From the NCBI RefSeq assembly GCF_000485595.1, contig NW_014577089.1:629707-672458 (forward strand): a DNA stretch of 42,752 bases. The letters run 5' to 3'. A program made the position numbers and the translations under genes. This document shows positions 23,511-37,100 of this stretch, one piece after another. Position 1 is the first letter of the stretch, and each line of letters begins with the position of its first letter. Below the pieces are notes generated by a model that worked only from the letters and a program-made list of their open reading frames with translations, ran no database searches and was not told where the DNA came from. The DNA is from Priapulus caudatus. Taxonomy: Eukaryota.

Positions 23511-24504
23511 AATGTTATAAACTAGTTCTCGCGAAGTTAAAACATAACTATATTTAAATTGAATAAATGAATTAACCAACGTGCCTGCACGTACAAAAAC
23601 CATAGTGCATTGTCATATCAACGCTTCTTTGGTTGAAGTTGTAGCTTCAAGACATTAATACGTTAAATGAATCAGCATTGAATTTAAAAGAAAGATTACC
23701 AATCTAATGAAGTAACTAAATGAATAAAAATGTGATAAAATAGGCTTTCGTAAGCCGCTATTGCGATTAAGGTTTCCACATATTGTGCATGAATTGCAAT
23801 CGCTACTTATGGATTCTATGAATTATTGACCTGTATTATGAATAAAATGGTATGTAATATCTATTTAATGTTCAGAAACACACTGTGCAGAGGAAAACGC
23901 ATCTCTAATCAAATACAAGCGTGAGAGCATACATCTGGCAAAGAGACAAAGAGCACTGCAGTGTCCGTAAGGCGCACCTGGCCCTATCACTATACTTCTT
24001 GCCTGTTATGATTGGTCAGGTACTTAGAGTACAGATGAAATTAGAATTATTACCAATGAAGCTACGATGACCGATGAAGCAACAGAGAGCGCTCGGTCTG
24101 ACCTGCAACGCACAGTCATAAAATTGCAGCGAAATTGAATACGTATCTGTACTCAGTTCTGCGTCATGAATTGTCTGTATACACCACTGGATGTAATATA
24201 TAAAACGAATGTATTATTGACAATGATCATTTCTTCGACAGATATTAGCAAATTAATATAGATTTATGTATAGTCGCGTTTGATTTCACCTGCATAACAA
24301 CGTAAAAATGCGCTACACACGGACCGATTCTCACGGCCGAAAACATCATGTACTTACCAGTGCGTTATGTGCAGCTTGCGACTAACGTAGGGATTAGAAC
24401 ATCAGTAGAAATTCAAGGAGAAAACAACATAAATCGCTGGCGAGAGAGCACAAGACCATGAGTCTTCGTTTTTTTGTTTATGTTGCGGGGGGAAGGCATC
24501 AAGC

Positions 24505-25492
24505 GTGTGATCTTCTAATGAGAATTAATATACATGATATTTAGAAAAGCATACTGTACATTTTTAAACGGAATTATGTTCTTTATTATTATATTAATAA
24601 TAATATACTTTTTATAAACGTTAAATTGAAATCAGCCGTGAACGTCCTATCCAGGCGCAGCATTGTAATCGTTTGTTTAACGATGCTTTAAATTAATAAA
24701 CGAGCAGACAAGCTAACAAAGTTACCATATTTCGCTTATCGTTACTAATACCACTTAATGTCACTTATTACATGTTTCTAATATCCAGTTCAATGCTGAA
24801 TACCACCGCCCTAACCATAGTGGAATTCTCGTATCGCATCAGCTTGCCTATCTTTTCCTTAACGCCATGCTCATATGCCACCAGACAATTATATTTGTGA
24901 TGAATATGCATTTAATATCGGTTAGGGTACATAAGCATAAGATTTCTGTAAGAAATTTGCTATCATAGACCTGTTTTATAAATTAGGAACGCGCCCTAAC
25001 GTTTATAATGTGCAAAAACTTCTAATTTTGTCCCGCTCCCTTCGTCCACTGACTCCATTGTCCCCTTGCCCACTCCCTTCTTTCTAGCGCGCTCTCGGCT
25101 AATCTTCTCTGCGTCCCTCCTCAGTCCTCCTACCGCTCTCTACCCTCAGCCAAAGCTATATAGAATCTTTATCACCGAAACATCCCAGTACTGCACCGCC
25201 TATAACATGCTCCACGATGCTAATATCTCCCAGGGAGAATACTAATTTTCGCAAAAATCATGAATTTAAAAATCGTAGAAGGAGGTATCTATCATAAATT
25301 TAATGATAACGATTTTTATCAGTAGACCTTCTACGAAATAGGAAAAGATCTGCATGTTAATTGCCCGCTGCATATAACAGTCCATGTAGCCCACACAATC
25401 GGCTACGTAGCGTGTTAGCGCTGCGCAATATCCGCAACCAGAGAGTTAATTTGAGAAATGGATTTAATATTGGTTAATGGTATCTCAGCAAT
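24505..25492 (+). repeat. Repeat R, third forward copy (noisy)
   Basis: Colinear with 16953-17916, with many single-base indels. Confidence 0.8.
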
Positions 25493-26237
25493 ACACACAG
25501 GCGCAGGCCGCGCGATGACCCTCGGTTGGCCTGACGCCGTTCCGCTCACGCAACGGTACAAACGCGAAGCGCACACACATCACGCGCAGCCAGCGCACAA
25601 CACCCCGCACGAAGGCCGCTACTCTGTCGGGGATATCTCGTTCCTGATTGGTTAAACGCAGAAGAGGTGCTCGGCGTATTTTTCAACAGTTGCACACACA
25701 CGCGCGCAACGCGAAACACACAATCACAGTCGCCGCGCCACGCACACGCAGCACATGTACGCCACACGCGCGCGTAGCAGACACACAAGAGACACACTAG
25801 TATTGTGCGCAAGTCGGCAGGCGCACACTCACGAATAGCGCTAAAAATGGGCGAAGCTGCGTACGCGACAAGCACGAGCAGCTCGGCCCCGCAGCAGCGC
25901 ACACACGTAATGCGCAACGACACATCACCGCAACACAATCACGCTCGCAACATACGCACGTATAAAGTGCTAAGCTCGCTCTTCCCTTCTCTCCCTTCTA
26001 TTTCGCTATCTTTTCTGGCTCTTATATCTCTCTCAAACTCGTTTATCTTCATCTCCTCGTGTCTCCTCTCAGTTTTCTTACTCTCTGTTATGTTTAATTT
26101 GTATATGAATACCTGTTCCATTGTAACTTTTATAAAAAATATAACTGAAAATAGAGAGAATGGGAGAGAGCTAAGAAAATAGAGAGAGATGGAGGCTCTA
26201 AGAGATAGAAATAGGCGAATAGAGAAAAGAGATGAAG

Positions 26238-26789
26238 CAGTGGCGACGACGTAAGGGGGGCATTGCGCCTGCCCCCAAAGCCATCTCGCTGTACAAAAGT
26301 TTTTAAGACACAGTCAACAGAGCAATGCATAATATTTATTTAACTCCATAGGCCCAAAAATGAGCCTTTCAATCTTTGGTTTTAACGCTAGTCCTATGTT
26401 AATTTGAATTCTTATTGAGTGGCAGACCTCCCAACCCTTCCGATTTTGGCGGAAAATTTCCGCTTTCTTATTTCATTTCCGCCACTACGATTTTCGCCTT
26501 TATTTTTCTGTGAAACAGCAATTTTCGTGGATAGCCTTTATTTACAACACTAGCGCACTACAGTAAAATTAGAAGTTTGGATATGGATCAGAAATGCTCT
26601 GCAAGCGTGTTTATTTCTCTGTTTAAGGCATACAGAAGCTTAATTTTTCACCTCAAAAAATGTTAAAAGCTCAGAGCTTCCGGGAACTTCGCCCCCTGTA
26701 CTCCACAATTAGTTCTCGCGCTACGCGATCACAACATTTTTCCTTGCCCTCAGCTTGCCTCCACTTTTACAATCCTGGCGCCGCCACGG
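26238..26789. mobile_element. Degenerate hAT-like MITE
   Basis: Ends cagtggcgacg / ggcgccgccacgg resemble CAGTGGCG-type TIRs. No TSD recognised. Confidence 0.4.
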
Positions 26790-28109
26790 GAGAGGGCGGG
26801 ATGGAGGGAAGAAGGGATGGGGAGGGAGAGAGAGCGTGCGATGGTGAGAGAGAAAGAGAGAGAGAAAGAACCATGCGCTGTGCATTAAAATGGCTCCGAC
26901 TGGGCAGGATTTAACCATGGCCGGCGATCATTGCTACGTCCCGACCCCGGCTTGACACCCAGAGGATATTTTGGCAATATCTATTATTTGCGAAATCGCT
27001 CGACGCTGTATGGAAGCCTTTGCGTTCGTCCAAGACGCGTCTCGGCGTAGACCAAGCGAGGGCACGCGGGATGGCCCCTAGCACTCATGCGATGTATCAT
27101 ATATGTATTATGTTCGGTAACAAATACGCATGTAGGGATGCCACATATGCCTGATTACATTCTTTCAATTGTATAAATCTTAGAAGTATGCAGTTTGTGC
27201 ATTTTTGTGTAAAAACGTTACTCCCTAAGGGATATGACCGCACTGATGATCAGCTTTCCACTAAATAATTTAAATCTCTGTCGGCATGTCGGCATCCAGT
27301 GTCGCTGCCCGCCTTGGTCTAGCAGGTTTCCGTTTGATGTTTGGTGTGCACACATTGACCCATGCCCTTCAGACGAGTCTGTGGAGCACATGTGCCTCTC
27401 TCTACACGTCCACTGCCCAGGTTATGGCCATTCAAGTATGCCTTCAGATACTTCTGTTGCTTTACATTTGCTATCATGCATAATTCTGTAATTATTCACT
27501 CTTTTTATTGTCGATATTAGTTAAATATGGCAAGACCTATTAAGAAACTGTTTATTTTAGAGAGCCTCCTTGAAATGTAAGGGCTGTAATTTGATAATGA
27601 ATTTGAAATATAAAATTGGTAATTTTACGACTGTTGCTTATTTAGTAGATAACATAACGGCGATAAATCAAGTAGATTTGAATTTTTATATACATACTTA
27701 TACATCATATTTCCAGTTGAATTTCTGAAAAAAAGCTGACACCGCCGTACATTCCATTTAATGTTTAAGATAGTAACTTCTAGAATTTAGACAGGAAACA
27801 TACACTACAAGATCTTATTAAGTACGGAGGTTTGCTATGCTACAAATGTCATATGACACTTAGCTAAATGTACAATTGCTCCTAGAAATTCCATACATTA
27901 TATTCAGTATGCACAAACTAATCGGTGGCAACATGAGTCCCTTCTATCCAAACTCCTGTCCACGACAATGAAATCTTTAACTTACAAATAACATGAAAAC
28001 ATTACGAAAAACAGCCCGAAGAATCAATTTCTCTGCTTCTGTTCTACTAAGTCAGGCGGACATCTTTTCGTCACCTTCCCAGTGCAACATTAGCTAGCCT
28101 GGGTTTTTC

Positions 28110-31100
28110 TCAAGGCGTGCGAGCTCTGGTCTCCTTGGCCTGTAGATATTCGTACCCAGCCTGGACAAGGTACTTAAAGGCGGCACTGTGTCGTAGATCT
28201 CCTAACTCTTCACAACTGAGCAGGCTTTGTACTGAAGGTAGATACCCGTCCATAGGTAGGCCTGTTGATCAGCAAACGAACATCAGCCACACACGCACAT
28301 ACACGGAGTGATATATAGTGAGTGAAGGGGTTCTGGGCGATGAAACACGCACGCTTCCACTGGTAACGATGCTAATTAAAAGACAGGCGCAAATAAATTA
28401 TAATCATGCCAAATACTTAAAATTCAATCACAATTAAAGGCATAATAAGCCCATTGCTTATGCAATGTTGACGAATGCTAGAGTTACTGGCACATTGTGT
28501 AGTTAATAAGTGCATAACCTTACAGCTAAACGCGTATTAGTTTGTCCAATATCACTGCTGGTTACATTACAAACAAGACTTGAAATCGGTTGTTGATATG
28601 TATCAACGTATCATTTACGTGCCGTAAATGTCATCCAGGAGTCAAGTGATGACGTAAACATTTGTGCGGCCCGTATGTTTTGGACGCCAGATGAAATGGA
28701 GGTGTCAGCGGTGTAACCACGGCCACGGACTAAACATGGAAATGGAGTAAAACACACGTACTAACCACGGACGCACATGGACAGCCCTGACAAAAAGTTC
28801 CTTTCAATTTCAAAGGATTTCAATTAGACATTTCTTAGTAACCAGCAGTGATATTGGACAAACTAATACGCGTTTTGATGTAAGGTTATGTACTTATTAA
28901 CTACACAAGGTGCCAGTTACTCTAGCAATCGTCAACATTGCATAAGCATTGGTCTTATTATGTCTTTAAGGTTCAGAAACAGTTGGCGAAGAAGTCATCT
29001 TCTTTAAAGGCACATTACAAAATCACTTGTTAAACTAAAGCTATAGCTGAATGTGAGAAATTTACCATGCACTCGAGCTTCGGTAAACTACCCTTAATTA
29101 AATCATACAACACAAGATGAATAGTGTATGAAGCATGAGTACTAACACAATGTTTTTACACCAATGTAAAACGACAACAGTCAATATTATGAATTATGAT
29201 CGCTATGGACTGGAATAAACAAATAAAACCTGGCCTAAACATGTAAATGGCGTAAAACACACAGAGAGCCACGGACTACAGCGGACCAAACAGGTGAACA
29301 GGTACAATTACCATCTAGGGAAGCCAGTTCTATTGTTCGGAACAGAATGGTGTCCTTGATACCTTCGAGTGAGCCGTCAGTTTCAATATCATCCCAGCTG
29401 GAAAAATGTTAACAATGACGCAACAAGCTTCAACATTTGGCCTCCAATGTAATAGACATTATATTGCACTCGGAACAATAATCACTGAGCATGAATCTAG
29501 AACCCAGTGCAATGATGGCTCTGAATACCCAGACCTATACTGAGCAGAATATGACCAGTGTGTTACTAGGGTTAAGCTGTTAGGATTGCTATTTAAGATT
29601 CCTCATATTTGAGCAGCTGGTTCACTGCAAGGCAACCTATTCCCTCTTCCATTTTATCAGCTTTCTACTAGGCTAGTATAAGCAAGGGATTAAACTGCCA
29701 CAGATTCTGAACTTTGCCTGTTTGCGTTTTAGCCTAGTTGCCTATATCGCCAACAGCAGGACATTATACTGGAAGTAGTAGTACTAGAACGCTATTAATT
29801 TTAATACTGGGAAATACTACCTACTAAAATTGCCTGCCAGATTAGAAACGTACCTATCTTGTAGAATAGCTGCACACCATATTTTCAACTTTAAATCATC
29901 AATCATACTTTGTCTCTGAAAAAAATATTATACTAATTAAACAGTGTGTCTGTAGTGGTTAGTCTAATCCTACGTCACTCATTATTTACAATATTTAAAT
30001 TACACAGCAATCTTCATTTCGCTTTCAATGCTTTGTGTGAGAATTAGCATTTACAGGTGGTTGATACATAGTAATTAGGCCACCATAAGGTTGCAGCTCA
30101 CCTGAAGATCTGTTGTAGGGATAAACTCGAGCAGATCCAATGCCTTTTTGAAGTCAAACTCATTTGCCCTCACGTTTGCCTCGCCAATGTACACCTAGAG
30201 AAAAAAACAGAATAGTTCTGCATCAGTGTGATCATATGCAATATATATGTATTTTTCTAATGCACACAGCTGCTCTAAAGAGGCTTAGTAAGATAAATTC
30301 CCTTACCTCGATGAGCTCTTCTGGTGTCAGCACAGGCATAATACCTTTGTCTAGGCCTTCTGCGGTTAGAACTTCCAGTGGAAGTCCCTCCTGGTGCAAT
30401 ACAATGTCTTGCTCCAAGTTTACCACTTAAAAAAACAATTAGTTTACTTTACCTTCAAGCCTATTTCGGCAAATGATACATTCACCCAAACTCTGGCTCT
30501 AACTCAACTGATGCAACACACTGCCAGTAAATATGCCTGTCAGCCCCTTCTTCCATAGAGTCTATCTAATGGCCATTACCTCCTTCATGGAACCATTGTC
30601 ATGATACCACTCCCTTCTTTCAGCACTGTACATTTACCATCCATCACTATCACCACTGTACATCTACCATCCACCACTACCACCACTGTACACCTACTAT
30701 CCACCACTACCACCACTGTACACCTACTATCCACCACTACCACCACTGTACACCTACCATCCACCACTGCACACATAACCTACCATCCACAATCTCCTCA
30801 ACAGCCCCTGCTGGCTCATCACTGGCTAATGCTGCCAGTTTACTGAGGCTTAGAAGTGTTTTCTTCTTTGGCAAGTTGGCTTGCTCCTCGATGGCGAGCG
30901 TCTTTAATGTCTGTGCAGCCTAGAACGATAACCAGTATCAATGTCGTGCCCAAGGTAACTTACTCGTGGTTTAAATAGTACAAGATGAATGCATAAGTGA
31001 TAAAATCATTCAAAAAGAAAGTAAGAACAGCATATGATATGTAGCAGAACAGTACATGACAAATGATATATGGGTAGCATTAGGTGCACTACCAGAAGTT

Positions 31101-34100
31101 TTGTGATAGTGTGTAGCAGTATGTGGCAGGCATTGTGGGACTGGTGAATGTGACAGAGTATATATGTGGACCAGTGTTAGAATTAACGATGTGTTAGTGG
31201 CGAATATGTGACACTGTATAAAGGTGCATGTGTGTCAGACTGTGACATTATGAACTGGAATAAATGAATAAAACACGGACCAAACAGGTAATTGGTGCAA
31301 AACGGACGGAGAGCCATGGACTATTACGGATAGTAATTAGCTGCTAATTTAGCCCGTAATAGTCCGTGTTTTATTCGTTGATTCTAGATTATAGTGTGAG
31401 TGGCAGCATGACGTTTGACTGGAGCATATGTGACAGCGTAAAAACATGCATGTGTGTCAGGCTGTGTGTTGCAGCACGACGCGTGACTGGAGAACATGCG
31501 ACAGGGTGCATGCGTGCATCACAGGACTACGTACCCCGATGAAGTTCCTCGTGTGGACGTCGTGTATCCAGCGCAGGCTGCCGTGCAGCTGCAGGAACGC
31601 CGTCAGCTCGGCGTCGTGAGCCGCCGGCTGCGAGAACAGCCGCGCCTGCTTGCCCTCCGCGACGTACGTGGCGAACACAAACTGTGCGAAACCCTGCGGC
31701 GCGCCGCAACGTCGCGTTAGATACGGTCTCGCGATAGCTGCGACGGCGACCGTTACATGCATACATGTGATGCTAGCTGCGACGGCGACCGTTACATGCA
31801 TACATGCAACGCGTAGGGCTTCACCATTACATGATAGTCTGGTTAGGCTGCACAAATATATTGTGCAGGCAACACTTGGTTAAGAATCAGCGGGACCACA
31901 CGGAATGCCCTCACATACGTACGATTAAGCACACTGCATTTAGCCATTTGTAGTGTCATTCTATGATGGCCATGAGAGATGTTTAATTATAAACAATTAT
32001 ACAGAATGTACAGCTTTTCCTGACAACCACCCCCAACCCCTTCACCTCAACTGTGCAAAACATTGTTGCAATGTTGAATTTCTAGAGTTGGCAGAAAGGC
32101 ATGAAATTCTAAGTGTACAACGACCGTTGACCAACTCCCACAGAGTTCCATTTGTATGATTTTGATAACTGATGGTAACTGTAAATGGGTCCCTCAGGCT
32201 TGTATGAACAGATGACAACCATTGAGAAAAGCAAATGATGCCCAACAGGGTTTCACTCACTTCTTGCGAGAACTGGGTCATGTATCTCTGCAGTCTGTCA
32301 TCGTTGTCCGTCAGCTCACACATCTGAGTAAGGACACGGAAGTCGGCGTACTTCTCACCAAGAAACATCGCCTCTTCATATGCTTCACACTGCACTGTAA
32401 GTAAAGACGGAGAAGGCACTGTCATTTTGTCACTGATCTTGTTCGTATAGAAAAGCAACCATGCCAATAACACAGAAACGCCTTCAGTACAATCAGAGCC
32501 AATGAGAAATATATGCACCTCTAAGAAGGTGAAAACAACTGAAACCATTTTGCATCTTATACGTCTTTCAAGTCAGCTAACATAGCATCACACGAAAATA
32601 AATAATGATTAACTAAACATCCCTCTCTCCCAACCCCGCGCACTCACGTAGTGGCTGAATGAGTCGATATCTTTCACTCTCGTACTTCTTCTTCAATGTT
32701 CTGCGTCGTTCAACGCTCACGTCTACTCCTAGCGCTTCCACCTGCGTGGCATAGCCGGCTAAAATGTTGTCAGAGAGGTTAACCAGCTGGCGCACGAGGG
32801 CGGATCGCGTGTGGGAGTCCATCGACTCTGGGATGCCATTCTCGACTGTGAGCTTGTGCTGCAGAACAAAGATACACACACAGAGATTTAGATAAGAATG
32901 TGCGCATACATTTTATCTACATGGTTAGCAAGGTGTGGTCATAAGCATGCATGCAGGGTGAGAAATATATGGACATAGCATGACTGTCTAGTCCGAGATG
33001 CAGGGATATACCATCATACATGCTTGGCCAGCAAGTGTGGAAATAAGCACATCTGAATGCTTAATAATCTTGTGGATACAGCACACCTGCATGGTCAATA
33101 CATCATACCTGCCTGATCGATACTATGTGGAAGCAACATTACCTACTTAATCAATACATCATACCTGCCTGGTCAATACTATGTGGAAGCAACATTACCT
33201 ACTTAATCAATACATCATACCTGCCTGATCAATACTATGTGGAAGCAACATTACCTACTTAATCAATACAACATACTTGCCTAGTCAATACTATGTGGAA
33301 GCAACATTACCTGCTTAATCAATACATCATACCTGCCAGGTCAATACTATGTAGAAGCAACATTACCTGCTTGTTCAATACACTATATCTGCCTGGTCAA
33401 TGCTATGAGGATACAGCATACCTGCTTGGTCAGCAGTGATCGGAGACCAGTGGTGCCTGATCGCGCCGTCCAAGGCACGTAGTCTTTGTACTGTTCTACT
33501 GTGCTATTCACAAACATGGTGGCCTGTGCTGCACGACAATCAGCTACTTCCTTCAAAACACCCTGAAAAAGATTCAACAATTCATGTGGCATCATTTGTG
33601 TGCTAGAGCCTTTACTCGGTCTCGAAAAACAAAACGTCCATGGAGCACCATTCTTTTGATATAATACATCCACTAACAAGTTCTTAATCCACCAGAGAGT
33701 ATATGACGCACACGACATTCTTGCAGGATGAAAATGCGACATATTTGATCTCATTAAACGAGGGATTGAGCTGATGCATAGTTTCACACCTCGAATATTG
33801 TGTTTGTGTGCGACAAGAACGTGATGCAGTCTACGGACGAGACGTCGGACGACTCTATTAGCTCCAGTTCCACCTGTACCAGACCCCAGAATATGTCATC
33901 TATCCTGGATACCTGTCAAAGACAAGACTGGATTACTGATCATTCAATCTATATCACAGCAAGCCTGATTATACTAATAGGTGACATGTGTCATTGTTTC
34001 TTTCTAGATAAACCTCCATACTGAAGTCATCAATTCAGTGCTCTGAACTGGGGAAAAAACATTAGAGCTACTACAAGTAATATTACCAGAATAATATCAT

Positions 34101-37100
34101 TCTGGTACCAGTAAAAGCTTATTACTGATAATGTTAAATTATCATTAATTATTATCATTAACTATTACTAATGAGAATGATAAAGTCATTCATGTATTTT
34201 CATCTGATAATAAGGTCCACTCTGTTATAGTATAATATAGTAATGTGTAAAATGCAATGTATTTCAGCTTGGAATTACAGGTAAAACAGCACGAGACATT
34301 GTATATGTATAGATACAAGACAAGTAATGCATACAAGACTGATAGCAGCATGTAATTACATTAAACAAATAATTGGTAATACCTCCCGGTAGAACAGGTC
34401 CTGTGGTGTCAAAGCTGTTCCAGGTGACACCGTCTGGCGCTTAGACAAAACCTTACGTATGCCGCTGTCTACAACCGATGGATATCTGCAATAATAAGTT
34501 CTCGGTCATTCATTGGTCAGCCGTATGTGGGTAAAGGCTGATAGTGATATATGGTAACATGATCCAGTGAATGTTGTGAAACAGTATTCGCACACACCAG
34601 CCAATTAAGCTTCGCCCTTAGATGCTTCTCCGAGAGACAACAATGTGACAACAACAGTGGGTTTACTTACATGGTGTGAAGACCCCGGAGAACATTTGCA
34701 GCGACAAGTTTCTCGGTGTGCTCTCTCAGTACGAGGCACGTCGGTGCCATCTGCCGTGCTTCCGTAACGCCACACATCTGAGTGACAACAAATGTATGAG
34801 AACTATTGTACTGGATAGCCAAACCTAACAATGTAGAGACTACACAGAAAAATAGACACTGAACGCAGCTTCGAAGTGTTGCAAATAATTGAGAAAGTGA
34901 AATCGAGACAAAGTGCAGATTTTAACTGAGATTGGATACATAAAAGACGACATAATACGATTCACAGTACACAGAAACACTACCTCCCCCCACACACAAA
35001 TTGTTCGGTCATGAAAATTGGGTCTAATGGAATGCCACCATGACACAGACATGACACACGAACCACTCCAGCTTTACGTGATGATCACGTGTAGGAACAC
35101 TTACCCGTTCCCAAATGCCGATCTCCCGGAGAAAGGTGACGAAATACTTGTGAGCTTTCTGCTTGTCCTCCAGCTGGTGCATGAGGATGAGAGACGTTGA
35201 CGTCGAACTCACGTCTGCAGATGAACAATCGACACGCCAACTTAACCAGGTGCTGGTACTTGTTCTTGATGTTTTTTTTATGTTAGCCTTACATGGCATC
35301 ATATTGCTGCTTTTTTGATTAGCACTTATGTTGCGAATTTGTTACATTCGTGTTGTTGTATTCATAGCTGTAGTAGTACAGCTATCGTACTGCATTATGT
35401 CATTTACCTGCCTGCTACTACATAGCAATGGACTGACCTTGTGGAATTGACTCTGCCCACCTAGGGTCCAAGGCAGGAAAATCGTCCAACAGCTGCTGCC
35501 CAAGCGAGATGACGATTTTGTCCAATAGCGAATCAGGTGCGGATGTCATTGTAGAGGGTAGAACATCCTCAACAATAGCCTGAGCATCTCTCTAAATGCA
35601 GCAGTTAAGTTGTCTGAATTAATTGGCTTCATAGGTTAATCATATATTAAATAACCAAGATAGGGAAAAGCTATTATCACCACAACAATTTTTCTACTAA
35701 TCTGACGTAATCGCAGACATAACCCAAAAATAAATGAAAGTGTCACATTCACATACTAAAATTTAACAAAATCGAATGAATTTAGATGGCCATTTTCATT
35801 TTTGTCAAAAAGTGGGCGTGGCTCAAAAGTAGGTCGACTGGCGTGCTACAAAATAGGAAGTTCTCAAATCTCTCCCATAGGAGTAACAACTGTATTCAAT
35901 TTGAAACATGTGGGTCAAACGGTTCTTGAGTTATCGTTGACCGTATAGTAGGCAGACACTGAAATGCATAGTGAAATTGCCAAAATCTACCTAATTAAAA
36001 AAAAATATCAAAACCCGTGTGATATGTTTTGGGGCCAGTTATTCACATACTAGAAATGAGCAAAATCCATTGAGCCTGAACTAACTTATGGCCATTTCCA
36101 TTTTTGCCAAAAAGTGGACGTGGCTCGAATGTAGGTCGACTGGCGTGCTCCAAAATAGGACGTTCAAACCTATCCCATAGGAGTAACAAATATATGCAAT
36201 TTGAAACGTGGGTCAAACGGTTCTTGAGTTATCGTTGACCGTAGCCAAATGTTGACGGACGGACGGACGTACGACACCCCATAGCAATAGCTCATCTTGA
36301 CGATGTCAAGGCAAGCTAAAAAAAAACAATGAAAACCAAGCACACATATTTACGAGTAAATAGATTATATTTGCGAATGCTACAATCGACTAGCTTCACA
36401 TTGAAAGGACTTATCTAGAGGCACATACCATGTTTCGTCTTACAAAGTGCAACAGTGCAGCCTTCAGGCGACTCGTCTTGTCTTCACTGATGCTCATGTC
36501 ATGGAGCTGATCGTCGCCAACGATTGACATCAATGCCGACTGTAACGCACAGCAATGCAAGCACTTTTAATGGACACCACACATTCCCGCATGTAACGAT
36601 TTAAACCAGACTTCGTCCAATAATCTTGAGGGAGCAGTGCCAATTTTTCGAAAGGGCAATTAAACAGAGAAAATTATCATCGTGCCACGTACGACATAAC
36701 GCGCAGGTTCGTTTCTTTCCAATATGAATGCTCGGAAAAAATATGCAACGCTAACAACGTTCTTATAGATAATACAGGATTATCATGTATGCTTACCTCA
36801 TTCCTCCAGCTATCTTCAGCTACTGTCATTGATGATAGATTCCCACTGTAAGAACAAGGCAACCTATCACAACTTTGTGATGGAACATGGAGGCTCTAAT
36901 TTCAGCCAGTGGATGTCCAGTGGCACAATTGTTATATATGTTGCATCATTACTACTATAAAAGGTAAAGCACACATTCAGTTTCATTATGTCATTGCCTT
37001 GAAAGGCCACGCAATAAATGATGCAAGGATTAATATAAATAAAACCTGCATCGTGAAAAGTACTTTTAATTAATATTTAACAACAAAAAGTAATATGTAG

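Noticed and set aside
25458..26230. Several ORFs of 60-130 aa
   Set aside because: They lie in noisy CA/CG- and CT/GA-rich low-complexity sequence of doubtful accuracy.
26890..26975. tRNA-like 3' end on the minus strand (ggttaaatcc...cggagcca)
   Set aside because: Only a weak B-box resemblance; no A-box or cloverleaf could be built.
31496..31883. GC-rich plus-strand ORFs
   Set aside because: Antisense to Nup133 exon 31535-31693 and a small intronic duplication.
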